Part shown: positions 19,098 to 28,739 of the stretch, piece by piece
Numbering within the stretch: position 1 is the first letter of the stretch
How the letters are laid out: each line of letters opens with the position of its first letter
The notes under the pieces: model-generated
What the model saw: only the letters and a program-made list of their open reading frames with translations
What the model was told of the DNA's origin: nothing
The model's database searches: none
Made by a program: the position numbers and the translations under genes
Assembly: GCA_916715765.1 (NCBI GenBank)
Contig: CAKAPG010000003.1
Location: 4,125 to 68,124, forward strand
From: an uncultured Atopobium sp.
Lineage (GTDB): Bacteria; Actinomycetota; Coriobacteriia; Coriobacteriales; Atopobiaceae
Reading direction: 5' to 3'
Length of the DNA: 64,000 bases

Positions 19098-20910
19098 TCG
19101 CGCAGGAGGAGCACGTCCTCAAAACATCGGACATACCATTAGGGTGTTTGTCTCGTACTTAGGTCATGCTAAGAAGCGTCTTATGTTGGTGGCACTTCTT
19201 GTTTCTATCAGTGGTTTAGCAGCGCTCCTTGGTACCTACATGATTAAGCCTGTTGTTGCAGCAGTGGGCAGGGGAGACGTAAACGCATTTACCAGCCTCA
19301 TTGTATTTACAGCGGTTGTGTATGCAATTGGTGCTCTTACCAGTGTTGGTTACACACAAATTATGGTTCGTGCTGCTCAGAGGATTGTTTTTGACATCAG
19401 ACGAGACCTTTTTGAGCACATTGAATCGCTGCCCCTAAGATTCTTTGACCAGCGTACCCGCGGCGATATCATGAGCTTCTTTACAAATGACGTGGATACC
19501 ATCTCAGAAGCGCTCAACAACAGCTTTGCCAACCTTGTTCTGGCGTTTATCCAGATGGTTGGCACGCTTGTACTGCTCATTGTTCTTAACTGGCAGCTGA
19601 CGCTCATCACTGTTCTCTTTGATATTTTGATTGTGATTTATGCACGCTATGCAAGTAAGCGCTCTGCCAAGCATTACTCGGTGCAGCAAAAAAGTCTTGG
19701 TGTCCTTAATGGTTTTGCAGAAGAAACCATTTCTGGCCTCAAGGTGGTTAAAGTTTTTAACCACGAGGATGCCAACTTTGCTGACTTTCAAAAAGTTAAC
19801 GACGAGCTTAGACACTCCGGAACAAGTGCCCAGGGCTATGCAGCAACTATGGTCCCTATCACGGTTTCATTGACGTATATCAATTACGCCGTGGTTACCG
19901 TTGTTGGTGCTCTGCTTGCCGTAAATGGACACGCGGATGTTGCTAGTCTTGCGTCTTATCTGGTTTTTGTTAGACAAGCAGCCATGCCATTCAACCAGTT
20001 CACACAACTTTCTAATTTTTTGCTTACTGCGCTAGCTGGCGCTGAGCGTATTTTTGCTGTTATGGAGATGACTCCCGAGGTTGATGAAGGCAAGGTTGAC
20101 CTGGTTCGTGTTAGTGGCTACGAGTCAGGAGAAGAATCCTGGGCTTGGGTCAAACCGTCTGGCGAGAAAACCCCTCTTGCTGGAGACGTTCGCTTTGATG
20201 ACGTTACCTTTGGATACGACGATGATCAGACGGTTCTTGCAAACCTCACCCTGTTTGCTAAGCCCGGCCAAAAGATTGCATTTGTTGGCTCAACCGGTGC
20301 TGGCAAAACAACTATTACCAACCTCATTAACCGCTTCTATGATGTTCGTAGCGGAACTATCACCTACGATGGCATCCCAATCAACGATATCAAGAAATCT
20401 GCACTGCGATCTTCGCTTGGCATTGTTTTGCAGGATACGCATCTATTTACAGGCACCATTGCGGACAATATTCGTTTTGGTAAGTTAGACGCCACTGATG
20501 ACGAGGTTATTGCTGCAGCAAGGATTGCAAACGCGGATAAGTTTATTCGTCGTATGCCACGAGGCTACAATACCGTACTTACCTCTGATGGCGCTAACCT
20601 TTCCCAAGGTCAGCGACAGCTTCTGGCAATTGCACGTGCTGCTATTGCTGATCCTCCCGTGCTTATTTTGGATGAGGCAACTTCCAGTATTGACACGCGC
20701 ACCGAAGCACTTATCGAGAAGGGCATGGATGCCCTAATGGCAGGCCGTACTGTTTTTGTAATTGCTCACAGACTGTCTACAGTTCGCAACTCTGATGCCA
20801 TCATGGTTCTGGAACATGGTCGCATTATTGAGCGCGGTACTCACGATGAGCTTATTGCTAAACGTGGAGAGTATTATCAACTGTATACGGGATCGCGTGA
20901 ACTGGAGTAG
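19090..20910 (+). CDS. ABC exporter, permease/ATPase subunit (consensus half)
   Basis: GSTGAGKT, LSQGQRQ, LDEATS, IAHR; ATG 19090 after AGGAGG. Confidence 0.92.
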   Translation: MANRAGGARPQNIGHTIRVFVSYLGHAKKRLMLVALLVSISGLAALLGTYMIKPVVAAVGRGDVNAFTSLIVFTAVVYAIGALTSVGYTQIMVRAAQRIVFDIRRDLFEHIESLPLRFFDQRTRGDIMSFFTNDVDTISEALNNSFANLVLAFIQMVGTLVLLIVLNWQLTLITVLFDILIVIYARYASKRSAKHYSVQQKSLGVLNGFAEETISGLKVVKVFNHEDANFADFQKVNDELRHSGTSAQGYAATMVPITVSLTYINYAVVTVVGALLAVNGHADVASLASYLVFVRQAAMPFNQFTQLSNFLLTALAGAERIFAVMEMTPEVDEGKVDLVRVSGYESGEESWAWVKPSGEKTPLAGDVRFDDVTFGYDDDQTVLANLTLFAKPGQKIAFVGSTGAGKTTITNLINRFYDVRSGTITYDGIPINDIKKSALRSSLGIVLQDTHLFTGTIADNIRFGKLDATDDEVIAAARIANADKFIRRMPRGYNTVLTSDGANLSQGQRQLLAIARAAIADPPVLILDEATSSIDTRTEALIEKGMDALMAGRTVFVIAHRLSTVRNSDAIMVLEHGRIIERGTHDELIAKRGEYYQLYTGSRELE

Positions 20911-20919
20911 GGGCATTTT

Positions 20920-21294
20920 ATGTTTGAAGCGTTAGCTGTGGCTCTTGGTGGAGCTCTGGGTAGTTTAGGTCGCTGGCAGTTGGGAGTCCTCTTTAAACAG
21001 TGGATTCCTAACCTGCCAGTTGGTACGTTTGCTGCAAATGTTGTTGCAGGTTTGATTATTGGCCTTGTAACAGGTCTTGATCTTGCAAGTCCACTTCAGC
21101 CACAGGTAAAGCTATTCTTAGCCGTGGGCCTTTGCGGAGGACTTTCGACTTTCTCGACCTTCTCAAATGAAACCCTTACCTTTATTCAAGCAGGTAATTG
21201 GACTGCTGCAGGTGTGAACATTGCAGTTAATGTTATAACGTGCCTGGTTGCTGTGTTTATTGGATTGAAATTATCAAATATAGCTACCGTATAA
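20920..21294 (+). CDS. crcB: Fluoride channel CrcB/FluC
   Basis: GGALGSLGR, GTFAAN, GLCGGLSTFSTF. Confidence 0.92.
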   Translation: MFEALAVALGGALGSLGRWQLGVLFKQWIPNLPVGTFAANVVAGLIIGLVTGLDLASPLQPQVKLFLAVGLCGGLSTFSTFSNETLTFIQAGNWTAAGVNIAVNVITCLVAVFIGLKLSNIATV

Positions 21295-21304
21295 GTGCGA
21301 CATT

Positions 21305-21341
21305 AAAAGACGGAGCTGCAATGTAGCAACTCCGTCTTTTT
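21305..21341. terminator. Bidirectional terminator
   Basis: AAAAGACGGAG...CTCCGTCTTTTT between convergent crcB and gpmA. Confidence 0.8.
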
Positions 21342-21369
21342 GTAATACAAGTTAAATAACTAAATAAAC

Positions 21370-22131
21370 TTATTTTGCTTTGCCCTGGTTAGCAACAGCG
21401 TTAATCTTTGCCTCGATGACAGCTGGATCGCCAATATAGTGCTTGTCTACAATGTTCCAATCCTTGTCAAAGGTGTATGCGCAAGGAATACCAGTTGGGA
21501 TGTTAACCTCAAGAATCTCTTCTGGAGTGAGGTGCTCAAACTGCATAACAAGAGCGCGAAGGCTGTTGCCGTGTGCAGCAATAAGAACACGCTTACCTGC
21601 CTCAAGCTGTGGCTTGATCTCCTGCTCAAAGTAAGGCCATGCGCGTGCAATGGTGTCCTTCAGGCACTCGGTGTAAGGAAGATCCTCTGCTGGAACATCG
21701 CGGAACATTTCCTGAACGTGAGGATCGCGCTCGTCGCCTGGCTCAAGAGCTGGTGGCTGAACATCAAAGGAACGACGCCAAATCTTTACCTGCTCCTCGC
21801 CGTGCTCAGCAGCTGCATCAGCCTTGTTGAGACCCTGAAGTGCACCATAGTGACGCTCGTTCAGACGCCAGGTCTTATGAACAGGAAGCCAGTTACGGTC
21901 AAGCTCATCAAGAACATGATTCAGAGTGTGAATAGCACGCTTGAGAAGAGAGGTGTAGCAAACATCAAAGTCATAGCCAGCCTCTTTGAGAGCACGGCCG
22001 CCAGCTGCTGCCTCCTCGTGACCAGTCTCGGTAAGGTCAACGTCAGTCCAACCAGTGAACAGGTTGAGCTTGTTCCACTCAGACTCACCGTGGCGAACAA
22101 TAACAAGGTGCATGTACTGATCTTCAGCCAT
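21370..22131 (-). CDS. gpmA: 2,3-bisphosphoglycerate-dependent phosphoglycerate mutase
   Basis: RHGESEWN, LNERHYGALQG, AHGNSLR, PTGIP. Confidence 0.97.
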   Translation of the reverse strand: MAEDQYMHLVIVRHGESEWNKLNLFTGWTDVDLTETGHEEAAAGGRALKEAGYDFDVCYTSLLKRAIHTLNHVLDELDRNWLPVHKTWRLNERHYGALQGLNKADAAAEHGEEQVKIWRRSFDVQPPALEPGDERDPHVQEMFRDVPAEDLPYTECLKDTIARAWPYFEQEIKPQLEAGKRVLIAAHGNSLRALVMQFEHLTPEEILEVNIPTGIPCAYTFDKDWNIVDKHYIGDPAVIEAKINAVANQGKAK

Positions 22132-22437
22132 TAGGCTTCCTTTCTACGCGTCAAACTTTGTGCACCATACGTGGTAAACACCAAGTTTTAAGCAATACTT
22201 TACATACAGAAGCAAAGCATAAAACGCTTGCGTCTCATATTCTACCGCACACCGAAAAATACGTGCGAATCAATGCTAAAAAGATTTTGCATATCGCGTG
22301 TGCCAACTTTGACTTAGAGCGCAGTTCTCAATTGTTTTGGTATGAATTTAGATTCTGCAAATAATTTATAATTCAGCGCATGCAAGCATGCAATGAGGGT
22401 ATAGTATGCCTTAGCTAACAAATTGAGGAGTGTCTGT

Positions 22438-22644
22438 ATGAGTCCTATTGATATTTTGGTTGTCCTTATTGTCGCTGCTCTTGTCGCTCTTTGTGTGCGT
22501 TCTCAACTTAAGAGTGCAAAAAAGGGCTCTTGTTCTGGTTGCTCTTCATCCAGCAGCTGTGGCACTCATCACGGCGGAGATGGACACTGCGGCGTTGCTC
22601 AGAAAATGATTTCTGACGTCGATAAGGCTTTTGACGCTCAATAG
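22438..22644 (+). CDS. Small FeoB-associated Cys-rich membrane protein-like
   Basis: One N-terminal TM helix then KKGSCSGCSSSSSCGTHH...HC; ATG after GAGGAG. Confidence 0.7.
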   Translation: MSPIDILVVLIVAALVALCVRSQLKSAKKGSCSGCSSSSSCGTHHGGDGHCGVAQKMISDVDKAFDAQ

Positions 22645-22701
22645 GTCAATTGTCACAATTTCATTAACAATTTTTGCCATTCACCCGGTTTCAGGGAAGT
22701 G

Positions 22702-22717
22702 GAAACATAGCCGTAAC
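22702..22717 (+). promoter_or_regulatory. Putative actinobacterial GlnR box
   Basis: GAAAC-N6-GTAAC upstream of the glnA-like gene; a further in-phase TTCAC at 22680-22684. Confidence 0.6.
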
Positions 22718-22769
22718 AAGAATGTGTCATGGTAGTTACGATTCCAGTTTTCTGACCCGGGAGGGCCAC

Positions 22770-24083
22770 ATGAGTACAGATAAGAAAATTGATTATATTC
22801 TTCGCACGGTAGAGGAGCGAGACGTCCGCTACCTGCGCCTTTGTTTTACCGATGTACTCGGCGGATTAAAGGCTCTTTCTATTTCCCCCGAGGAGCTAGA
22901 AGAGGCTTTTGTTGAGGGCATTGGTTTTGATGGCTCTAACGTTGATGGCTTTGCCTCTCAGGAGCAGTCAGATCTTCTCGCGTTCCCCGATGCAGACACG
23001 TTCCAGATTCTTCCCTGGAAGACAGATGACGGTGTAGTTGCTAACGTATTCTGCGACATTCAGACTCCACGTCGCGAGGCCTTTACGGGCGACCCACGTC
23101 TTGTACTGAGAAATGCTTTTATCAAGGCAGAAGACCTTGGCTACGTTGCAAATGTTGGTCCTAAGCTTGAGTATTTTTATTTTGTGAGTGGCTCTGAGCC
23201 AAAGCCTATTGACCAGGCGGGATATCTTGATTTGAATTCTGCCGATCTGAGTCATAGCCTTCGTTACTCCACGTCTCGTGCGCTTGAGAATCTTTCTATT
23301 CCTGTACAGTATTCTTTCCATGCAGCTGGCCCTGCACAAAATGGCGTTGAGCTTCGTTATGCAGAGGCGCTAACCTGCGCAGATAATATTGTTACCGCTC
23401 GTCTGGTTATCAGACATATTGCAACGCTTCATGGTGTGTTTGCATCGTTTATGCCAAAGCCTCTTCAGGGCGTTCCTGGCTCAGCCATGCTTTTGAATCA
23501 GTCGCTTCTTGACCATGATGGCGAGTCTTTATTCTGGGCTCCAAAGACTGAGTCCGAGGCTCACCTTTCTGAGCTTGCTCAACAGTACATTGCAGGTCTT
23601 ATTAAGTACGCTCCAGAATACATGCTTATTACTAACCCAACGGTTAACTCTTATAAGCGCTTTGACCGTGATTCTATCCCAGCATATGCAACATGGGGCC
23701 GCAAAAACCGCTCTGCTATGGTTCGTATTCCTACGCACAAGCCAGGCAAGCACGTTGCCACCCGTGCTGAGCTGCGTATCCCTGATCCAACCGCTAATCC
23801 TTATTTGGCCAACGCCGTTACGCTTATGGCCGGTCTCAAGGGCATTGAAGAAGGTCTCTCGCTTCCTGAAGAGTTTGTGGGCGGAAATCCTGCCGATTAT
23901 GGCGAGAAGCTCCCAACTAATCTTGGAGAAGCGCTTGAGCGCTTTAAGCAGTCAGAGCTTCTTAAAGATGTTCTTGGCGAGCACATTTTTACCTATCTGT
24001 GCGAGCGCAAGGCAGAGGAGTGGCGTGAGTTCTGTCTCACCGTTACTGATTGGGATACTCAGAAGTACTACGCAGGTTGCTAA
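22770..24083 (+). CDS. Glutamine synthetase type I family protein with a degenerate active site
   Basis: FDGSNVDGF, GDPR, FMPKP, NPTVNSYKR, NRSAMVRIP, ELRIPDPTANPYL; several metal ligands are substituted (see findings). Confidence 0.88.
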   Translation: MSTDKKIDYILRTVEERDVRYLRLCFTDVLGGLKALSISPEELEEAFVEGIGFDGSNVDGFASQEQSDLLAFPDADTFQILPWKTDDGVVANVFCDIQTPRREAFTGDPRLVLRNAFIKAEDLGYVANVGPKLEYFYFVSGSEPKPIDQAGYLDLNSADLSHSLRYSTSRALENLSIPVQYSFHAAGPAQNGVELRYAEALTCADNIVTARLVIRHIATLHGVFASFMPKPLQGVPGSAMLLNQSLLDHDGESLFWAPKTESEAHLSELAQQYIAGLIKYAPEYMLITNPTVNSYKRFDRDSIPAYATWGRKNRSAMVRIPTHKPGKHVATRAELRIPDPTANPYLANAVTLMAGLKGIEEGLSLPEEFVGGNPADYGEKLPTNLGEALERFKQSELLKDVLGEHIFTYLCERKAEEWREFCLTVTDWDTQKYYAGC

Positions 24084-24117
24084 GCAACTATTCCTCTTGC
24101 AGTTATATGTATCTTTG

Positions 24118-24152
24118 AACCCTGCTCTGAATTATTCAGAGCAGGGTTTTTT
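24118..24152 (+). terminator. Rho-independent terminator
   Basis: AACCCTGCTCTGAAT-T-ATTCAGAGCAGGGTTTTTT. Confidence 0.85.
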
Positions 24153-24419
24153 GACGAGAAACCCTTCTTACGCTCGAAGAATACTGCTTTCTTTTTCAAA
24201 TTGTTACCGTTTTATGAACTGAAAAAATTACTTTTACCTGGTCTTTATTGGATAGAATGACTAAATAATAGTCATTTATATAAAGAAGTTGTTCTTCTCG
24301 CCATTTTTATGCAATAAAGATGAGAAATACGATAAAAATTATAAGTAGATTTTTCATATTTGCTTCCTATAATTCATTCCAATGAATTTCAGCTCAGATT
24401 TATTCAGGAAGAGGCAGAT

Positions 24420-25271
24420 ATGAAATCTTCATTTGTAACTACAGTTAAGAAAGCCGCCCTAAAGGGCGTCGCAGTTGTTTCTATGGCATGTGCACTTATG
24501 GGCCTTATGGCTTGTTCGCCTTCTAAGCAAGAAAATGCTCAGTCAAGCGCCACATCACAGTCAGAGTCTGGCTATACGCTGGTAACTAAGGGTCATCTGA
24601 CTGTTGTTGCAGAGCTTGGTTTCCAACCATTTGAGTACTTTGAGGGCAACTCAACTACTCCTGTTGGTTTTGACGTTGATCTTATTACCGAGATTGCAAA
24701 GAGGCTTAACCTCGAGGTTACATATTTGCCAAACCAGAAGTTTGACACCCTTGTTCCAACTATTAAGCAGGGCGGCAAAGCAGACGTTGCTATCGCAGGT
24801 ATTACTATCACTGACGAGCGCTCTCAGGAGGTAGACTTCACTACTTCTTACCTCGACTCCAATCAGTCTCTGGTTGTTAAGTCTGGCAGCACTGAGACCG
24901 AGCAGACACTCAATGACGCCTCCAAGAAGGTTGTTGTTCAGACAGGTACCTCTGGTGAGGATTGGGCCAAGGAGAACCTTCCAAACGCAACTATTGTTTC
25001 TGTAGACGATGTTGCTGCAGCAATGGCAGGAGTCCAGACCGGTCTGTATGACGCAATGGTCATTGACCTGCCCGTTGCTTCCAATCTGGTTAGCACTTCA
25101 CACTCTGATCTGACTATTGCAAAAGAGATTCCAACAGGTGAGCAGTATGGCATTGCTGTTTCCAAGGACAATCCTGCATTGACCGAGGCTATCAACAAGG
25201 TGCTTGCTGACATGGAGAAGGACGGAACCATGACTGCCCTTAAGACCAAATGGTTTGGCTCTAACATCTAG
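24420..25271 (+). CDS. Polar amino acid ABC transporter substrate-binding lipoprotein
   Basis: Lipobox LMAC; FQPFEY, GFDVDL, ITITDER, EQYGIAV. Confidence 0.92.
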   Translation: MKSSFVTTVKKAALKGVAVVSMACALMGLMACSPSKQENAQSSATSQSESGYTLVTKGHLTVVAELGFQPFEYFEGNSTTPVGFDVDLITEIAKRLNLEVTYLPNQKFDTLVPTIKQGGKADVAIAGITITDERSQEVDFTTSYLDSNQSLVVKSGSTETEQTLNDASKKVVVQTGTSGEDWAKENLPNATIVSVDDVAAAMAGVQTGLYDAMVIDLPVASNLVSTSHSDLTIAKEIPTGEQYGIAVSKDNPALTEAINKVLADMEKDGTMTALKTKWFGSNI

Positions 25272-25376
25272 TTTTACCAGCTCAACAAAAAAGTGCTTGA
25301 AGTCAGATTTGGCTTCAAGCACTGCTCTGTTTTTAGTATCAGCGTTTAGGCACCTCAAGCTCTAAAGGAGTATCAC

Positions 25377-26855
25377 GTGATTGCACTTTTGCACAAAACT
25401 ATGTCAGGACAGCAACTGTTCTTGTGCATGTCATCTGCGAGTTTCAATGCTGAATCTGCGCCTCAGAGTCTGGCTCATGATTCGGCTGAGTCAAAGTGCT
25501 TACATATTCGCGCGTGCTCCTCACTGCTTGTAGTACTTCTCGCCACATTGCTTTTGAGCGGATTGTTCTTTATGTCCCTAAGCGCATTTTCTGCTCAGAG
25601 CGCGTTTGCTCTTACTACAAATAAAGCAACGGTCAAGTCAAACCAGACGGAAGGCAACGGTGTTATTGGCGGCAAAGAGACCCGTTTGACCTGGGAGGGA
25701 ACAGTTGAAGACGAGCAGGTCTCTCAGCTGACGTTGCAGCTTCCCGAGGGCTCTGATTTGCAGAATGCAACCACTAAGGTGACCGTTCTTTCAGGTCTTA
25801 CGCGCGAGAAGATCGAGGCAACTGCAAGCGTTCAAGGAACCCAGGTTGTTATTTCTTTTGCAACACCGGTGGACGCTCAGAAGCTGATTCGCGTAGAGAT
25901 TTCTGGCATGAAGTTTCCCGCTGACGGTGGCTCGTACACTGTTGAAGGAACCTATACCACTGAGCAGGGAACTCAAAAGCTTGCTTCTTCTCCTCAAATC
26001 AACATTATTTCTAATACGCCTGTTCAGGCTATAGTGAATTGGCTTGACGCTCAGCCTTGGGTTGAAGCATGGAACTCCAATCACTTCTTGGGCATGTTCT
26101 TAAAGCCTCAGCTGATTGTTTCTTCCGTTGTAATGCTGTTCCCTGGATGGCTGGTTTGTCTGGCAATTGTCATTTGCGCTTATCCCGTGGCTATTGTGCT
26201 GGGAATGGGATTTGCCCTGCTTAAGATTTCTAAAAATCCGCTCCTGCGCGCGCTTGCAGTGGTATACATCAATCTGTTGCGCGGAACCCCATTTTTCCTG
26301 CAGATTTATATTCTGTTCTTTGGCCTTCCTATGCTGAATATCAATTTGGACACTAATTTGCTTGGCTTTATTGTGGTTGCCATTAACTCTTCTGCGTATC
26401 TTTCAGAGATCTTCCGTGCGGGCATTCAGTCGATTCCACAGGGTCAGTATGAGGCAGCAAGCTCTTTTGGTATGAATCGTTTCCAGACCATGACGTTTAT
26501 TATCATTCCTCAAACTATCCGCCGAGTAATCCCACCTCTTACCAGCGACTTTATTACGTCCTATAAAGATACTTCGCTGCTTTCTTCTGTAGGTGTTATG
26601 GAGCTAATGATGTTCGCTAAAAACCTCACCACCTCAACGGGAAACATGACGCCCTACATGACAGCGGCTCTGTTCTATTTGGCAATTACACTGCCACTTA
26701 TTAAGGTGGTTGGCAGTATCGAGAAACGCATGGAGCAGTCAGAAACAGGCAAAACCGTAAGCACTGCAGCAAGCGCTACAGTAAGCACTGCAGTAACCAC
26801 TGCAGTAAGCACCACAGCCGATAAGGCTCAAGCTCTTTCCAAGGAGGAAAACTAA
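25377..26855 (+). CDS. Amino acid ABC permease with an extra N-terminal extracytoplasmic domain
   Basis: C-terminal HisM-type RGTP and [23 protein letters not shown]; start uncertain (GTG 25377 after AAAGGAG). Confidence 0.88.
   Translation: MIALLHKTMSGQQLFLCMSSASFNAESAPQSLAHDSAESKCLHIRACSSLLVVLLATLLLSGLFFMSLSAFSAQSAFALTTNKATVKSNQTEGNGVIGGKETRLTWEGTVEDEQVSQLTLQLPEGSDLQNATTKVTVLSGLTREKIEATASVQGTQVVISFATPVDAQKLIRVEISGMKFPADGGSYTVEGTYTTEQGTQKLASSPQINIISNTPVQAIVNWLDAQPWVEAWNSNHFLGMFLKPQLIVSSVVMLFPGWLVCLAIVICAYPVAIVLGMGFALLKISKNPLLRALAVVYINLLRGTPFFLQIYILFFGLPMLNINLDTNLLGFIVVAINSSAYLSEIFRAGIQSIPQGQYEAASSFGMNRFQTMTFIIIPQTIRRVIPPLTSDFITSYKDTSLLSSVGVMELMMFAKNLTTSTGNMTPYMTAALFYLAITLPLIKVVGSIEKRMEQSETGKTVSTAASATVSTAVTTAVSTTADKAQALSKEEN
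26757..26816 (+). repeat. In-frame 12-bp tandem repeat x5 (GTAAGCACTGCA-like)
   Basis: Encodes [20 protein letters not shown] at the permease C-terminus. Confidence 0.8.
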
Positions 26856-27715
26856 TGTCGTTCTTTTCTTTTAAAAAGAAATCAAACATAGAACATCCTG
26901 CCTTGGATGCTGAAGTTGCTGCACAAGAGGCATACAAGCGCGATAAGCCTCTTACTAACCACGCTTTTGAAGCAGGCGAGCATCCTATTGTTCGTATTGA
27001 GCACCTTAATAAGTCATTTGGTACCACGCCTGTTTTGCATGACGTAAATCTTACTGTTTGGCCAGGTGAAGTAGTGGTTGTACTTGGTCCCTCGGGCTCT
27101 GGCAAGTCCACCATGCTGCGTTGTATCAATCTGCTTGAGACTCCTTCGGCAGGCCATATTCTTATCGAAGACCAAGAGATTACGGGTACAAATGAAGCCG
27201 AGGTTAATGCCCTTCGTAGAGACGTGGGAATGGTCTTCCAGCAGTTCAATCTGTTTGGTCATTTAACGGTTAAAGAGAACGTAATGATTGGTCAGATTAA
27301 GGTTCTAGGAAAGTCAAAAGAGGAGGCAGAGGCAGAGGCTCTCAAGCAGCTTGAGGCTGTTGGTCTTGCCGATAGAGCAGACTTCAAGCCTGGCGCACTT
27401 TCCGGTGGACAGCAGCAACGAGTGGCTATTGCACGCGCTGTGGCAATGCATCCCAACGTGCTTCTTTTTGACGAGCCTACTTCCGCGCTTGATCCCGAGC
27501 TTGTCCGTGGTGTTTTGGACGTCATGCGCGACTTGGCAAAGAACTCTGGCATGACCATGATTGTGGTAACTCACGAGATGGGCTTTGCAAAAGACGTGGC
27601 AGATCGCGTGGTCTTTATGGAAGGAGGAGTGGTAGTTGAGCAAGGCACTCCTGATGTCATTTTCAACAATCCACAAAACCCTCGAACAGCTGAGTTCATT
27701 GGCGCTATTGCGTAA
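26855..27715 (+). CDS. Amino acid ABC transporter ATP-binding protein (GlnQ-like)
   Basis: [36 protein letters not shown]. Confidence 0.94.
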   Translation: MSFFSFKKKSNIEHPALDAEVAAQEAYKRDKPLTNHAFEAGEHPIVRIEHLNKSFGTTPVLHDVNLTVWPGEVVVVLGPSGSGKSTMLRCINLLETPSAGHILIEDQEITGTNEAEVNALRRDVGMVFQQFNLFGHLTVKENVMIGQIKVLGKSKEEAEAEALKQLEAVGLADRADFKPGALSGGQQQRVAIARAVAMHPNVLLFDEPTSALDPELVRGVLDVMRDLAKNSGMTMIVVTHEMGFAKDVADRVVFMEGGVVVEQGTPDVIFNNPQNPRTAEFIGAIA

Positions 27716-27759
27716 AACCCATACTTTTTAGAATTAATACGCAAACGTAAAAAATAATT

Positions 27760-27785
27760 TAGGGCGGGAAAATCTTCTCGCCCTA
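27760..27785. terminator. Hairpin formed by an inverted TTCTCGC motif pair (one copy imperfect)
   Basis: TAGGGCGGGAA-AATC-TTCTCGCCCTA. Confidence 0.6.
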
Positions 27786-27868
27786 TTTGCAGATAATGAG
27801 GTATATCTGCTCTTTATTCGCAGCTTGTGGTATGCTTTATAAGATTAAGCTTATCCTAGGGGGAATCG

Positions 27869-28543
27869 ATGCATCACAAGAATATTCTTCTTGTATCTGC
27901 AACGACACGCTTACATGAACGTATGCGTGAACTTTCGCATGTCATTGATGTGTCTATTGCTCTTGCAAACGCAGCTTCTTTCTCGCAGGCAGCGGCTTCT
28001 GGTCACACGTTTGACCTTATCATTCTTGATCAAAAAGAACTTTCCCAGGATGTTATTAGCACGGTAGAGAATTATTCTGCGCAAAATGGTGGAATTGCTC
28101 GCCTGTTTGTTGCTGACCTTGATAATCTTTCTAAGTTTGTTCTGCCTGTTCAGGGCAAGAGCGATTTTATTTTGTCTACTGCAACTATCCAGGAGTTTAG
28201 CCTTAGGTGCTCGCTGCTTTTGTGGCCAGGTACCGAGAGCACTTCTAGAGATTTGGTTATTGTTGACAACATAAAGATTAACCTGGCTACGTATCAGGTT
28301 TATATTGATGAATCTCCTGTTGATCTTACGTATATGGAGTATCTGCTGCTGTCATTCTTGGCAACCCATCCGTCTCGTGCATACTCGCGCGAGGCTCTTT
28401 TGCAGCGTGTTTGGGGCTTTGAGTACTGTGGTGGCACTAGAACAGTTGACGTTCACGTAAGACGTGTTCGCTCAAAGATTGGTCCTCAAGCAGCCGCTCA
28501 TCTTGAGACGGTGCGTGGTGTAGGCTATCTGTTTAGAGCATAA
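27869..28543 (+). CDS. glnR: OmpR-family orphan response regulator, GlnR-like
   Basis: DLTYMEY...LLQRVWGFEYCGGTRTVDVHVRRVRSKIG...ETVRGVGY closely follows the actinobacterial GlnR DNA-binding domain; divergent receiver; no kinase adjacent; next to a glnA-like locus. Confidence 0.78.
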   Translation: MHHKNILLVSATTRLHERMRELSHVIDVSIALANAASFSQAAASGHTFDLIILDQKELSQDVISTVENYSAQNGGIARLFVADLDNLSKFVLPVQGKSDFILSTATIQEFSLRCSLLLWPGTESTSRDLVIVDNIKINLATYQVYIDESPVDLTYMEYLLLSFLATHPSRAYSREALLQRVWGFEYCGGTRTVDVHVRRVRSKIGPQAAAHLETVRGVGYLFRA

Positions 28544-28739
28544 TCGCAGGTACAGACTGTATTTAATGGGATCTGCAAACTTCTTACTTACTAGCAGGAC
28601 TCCCGTGCGTCTTTCTCATAATGAGAAACGAATTTTTGTCCGGTATAACGGGTAGAATACACATATTGAAAAATTGATGTTTAGCGCAGAATTACCTGCG
28701 TTAGCTATTTGCATCAGAGTGATGTTAAGGAGGGTGTCT

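Noticed and set aside
20911..20919. Fluoride riboswitch before crcB
   Set aside because: Only 9 nt separate crcB from the upstream ABC gene.
23509..24222. 237-aa alternative-frame ORF overlapping the glnA-like gene as a frameshift product
   Set aside because: The main frame is intact to its normal C-terminus, and the alternative frame has no protein-like motifs.
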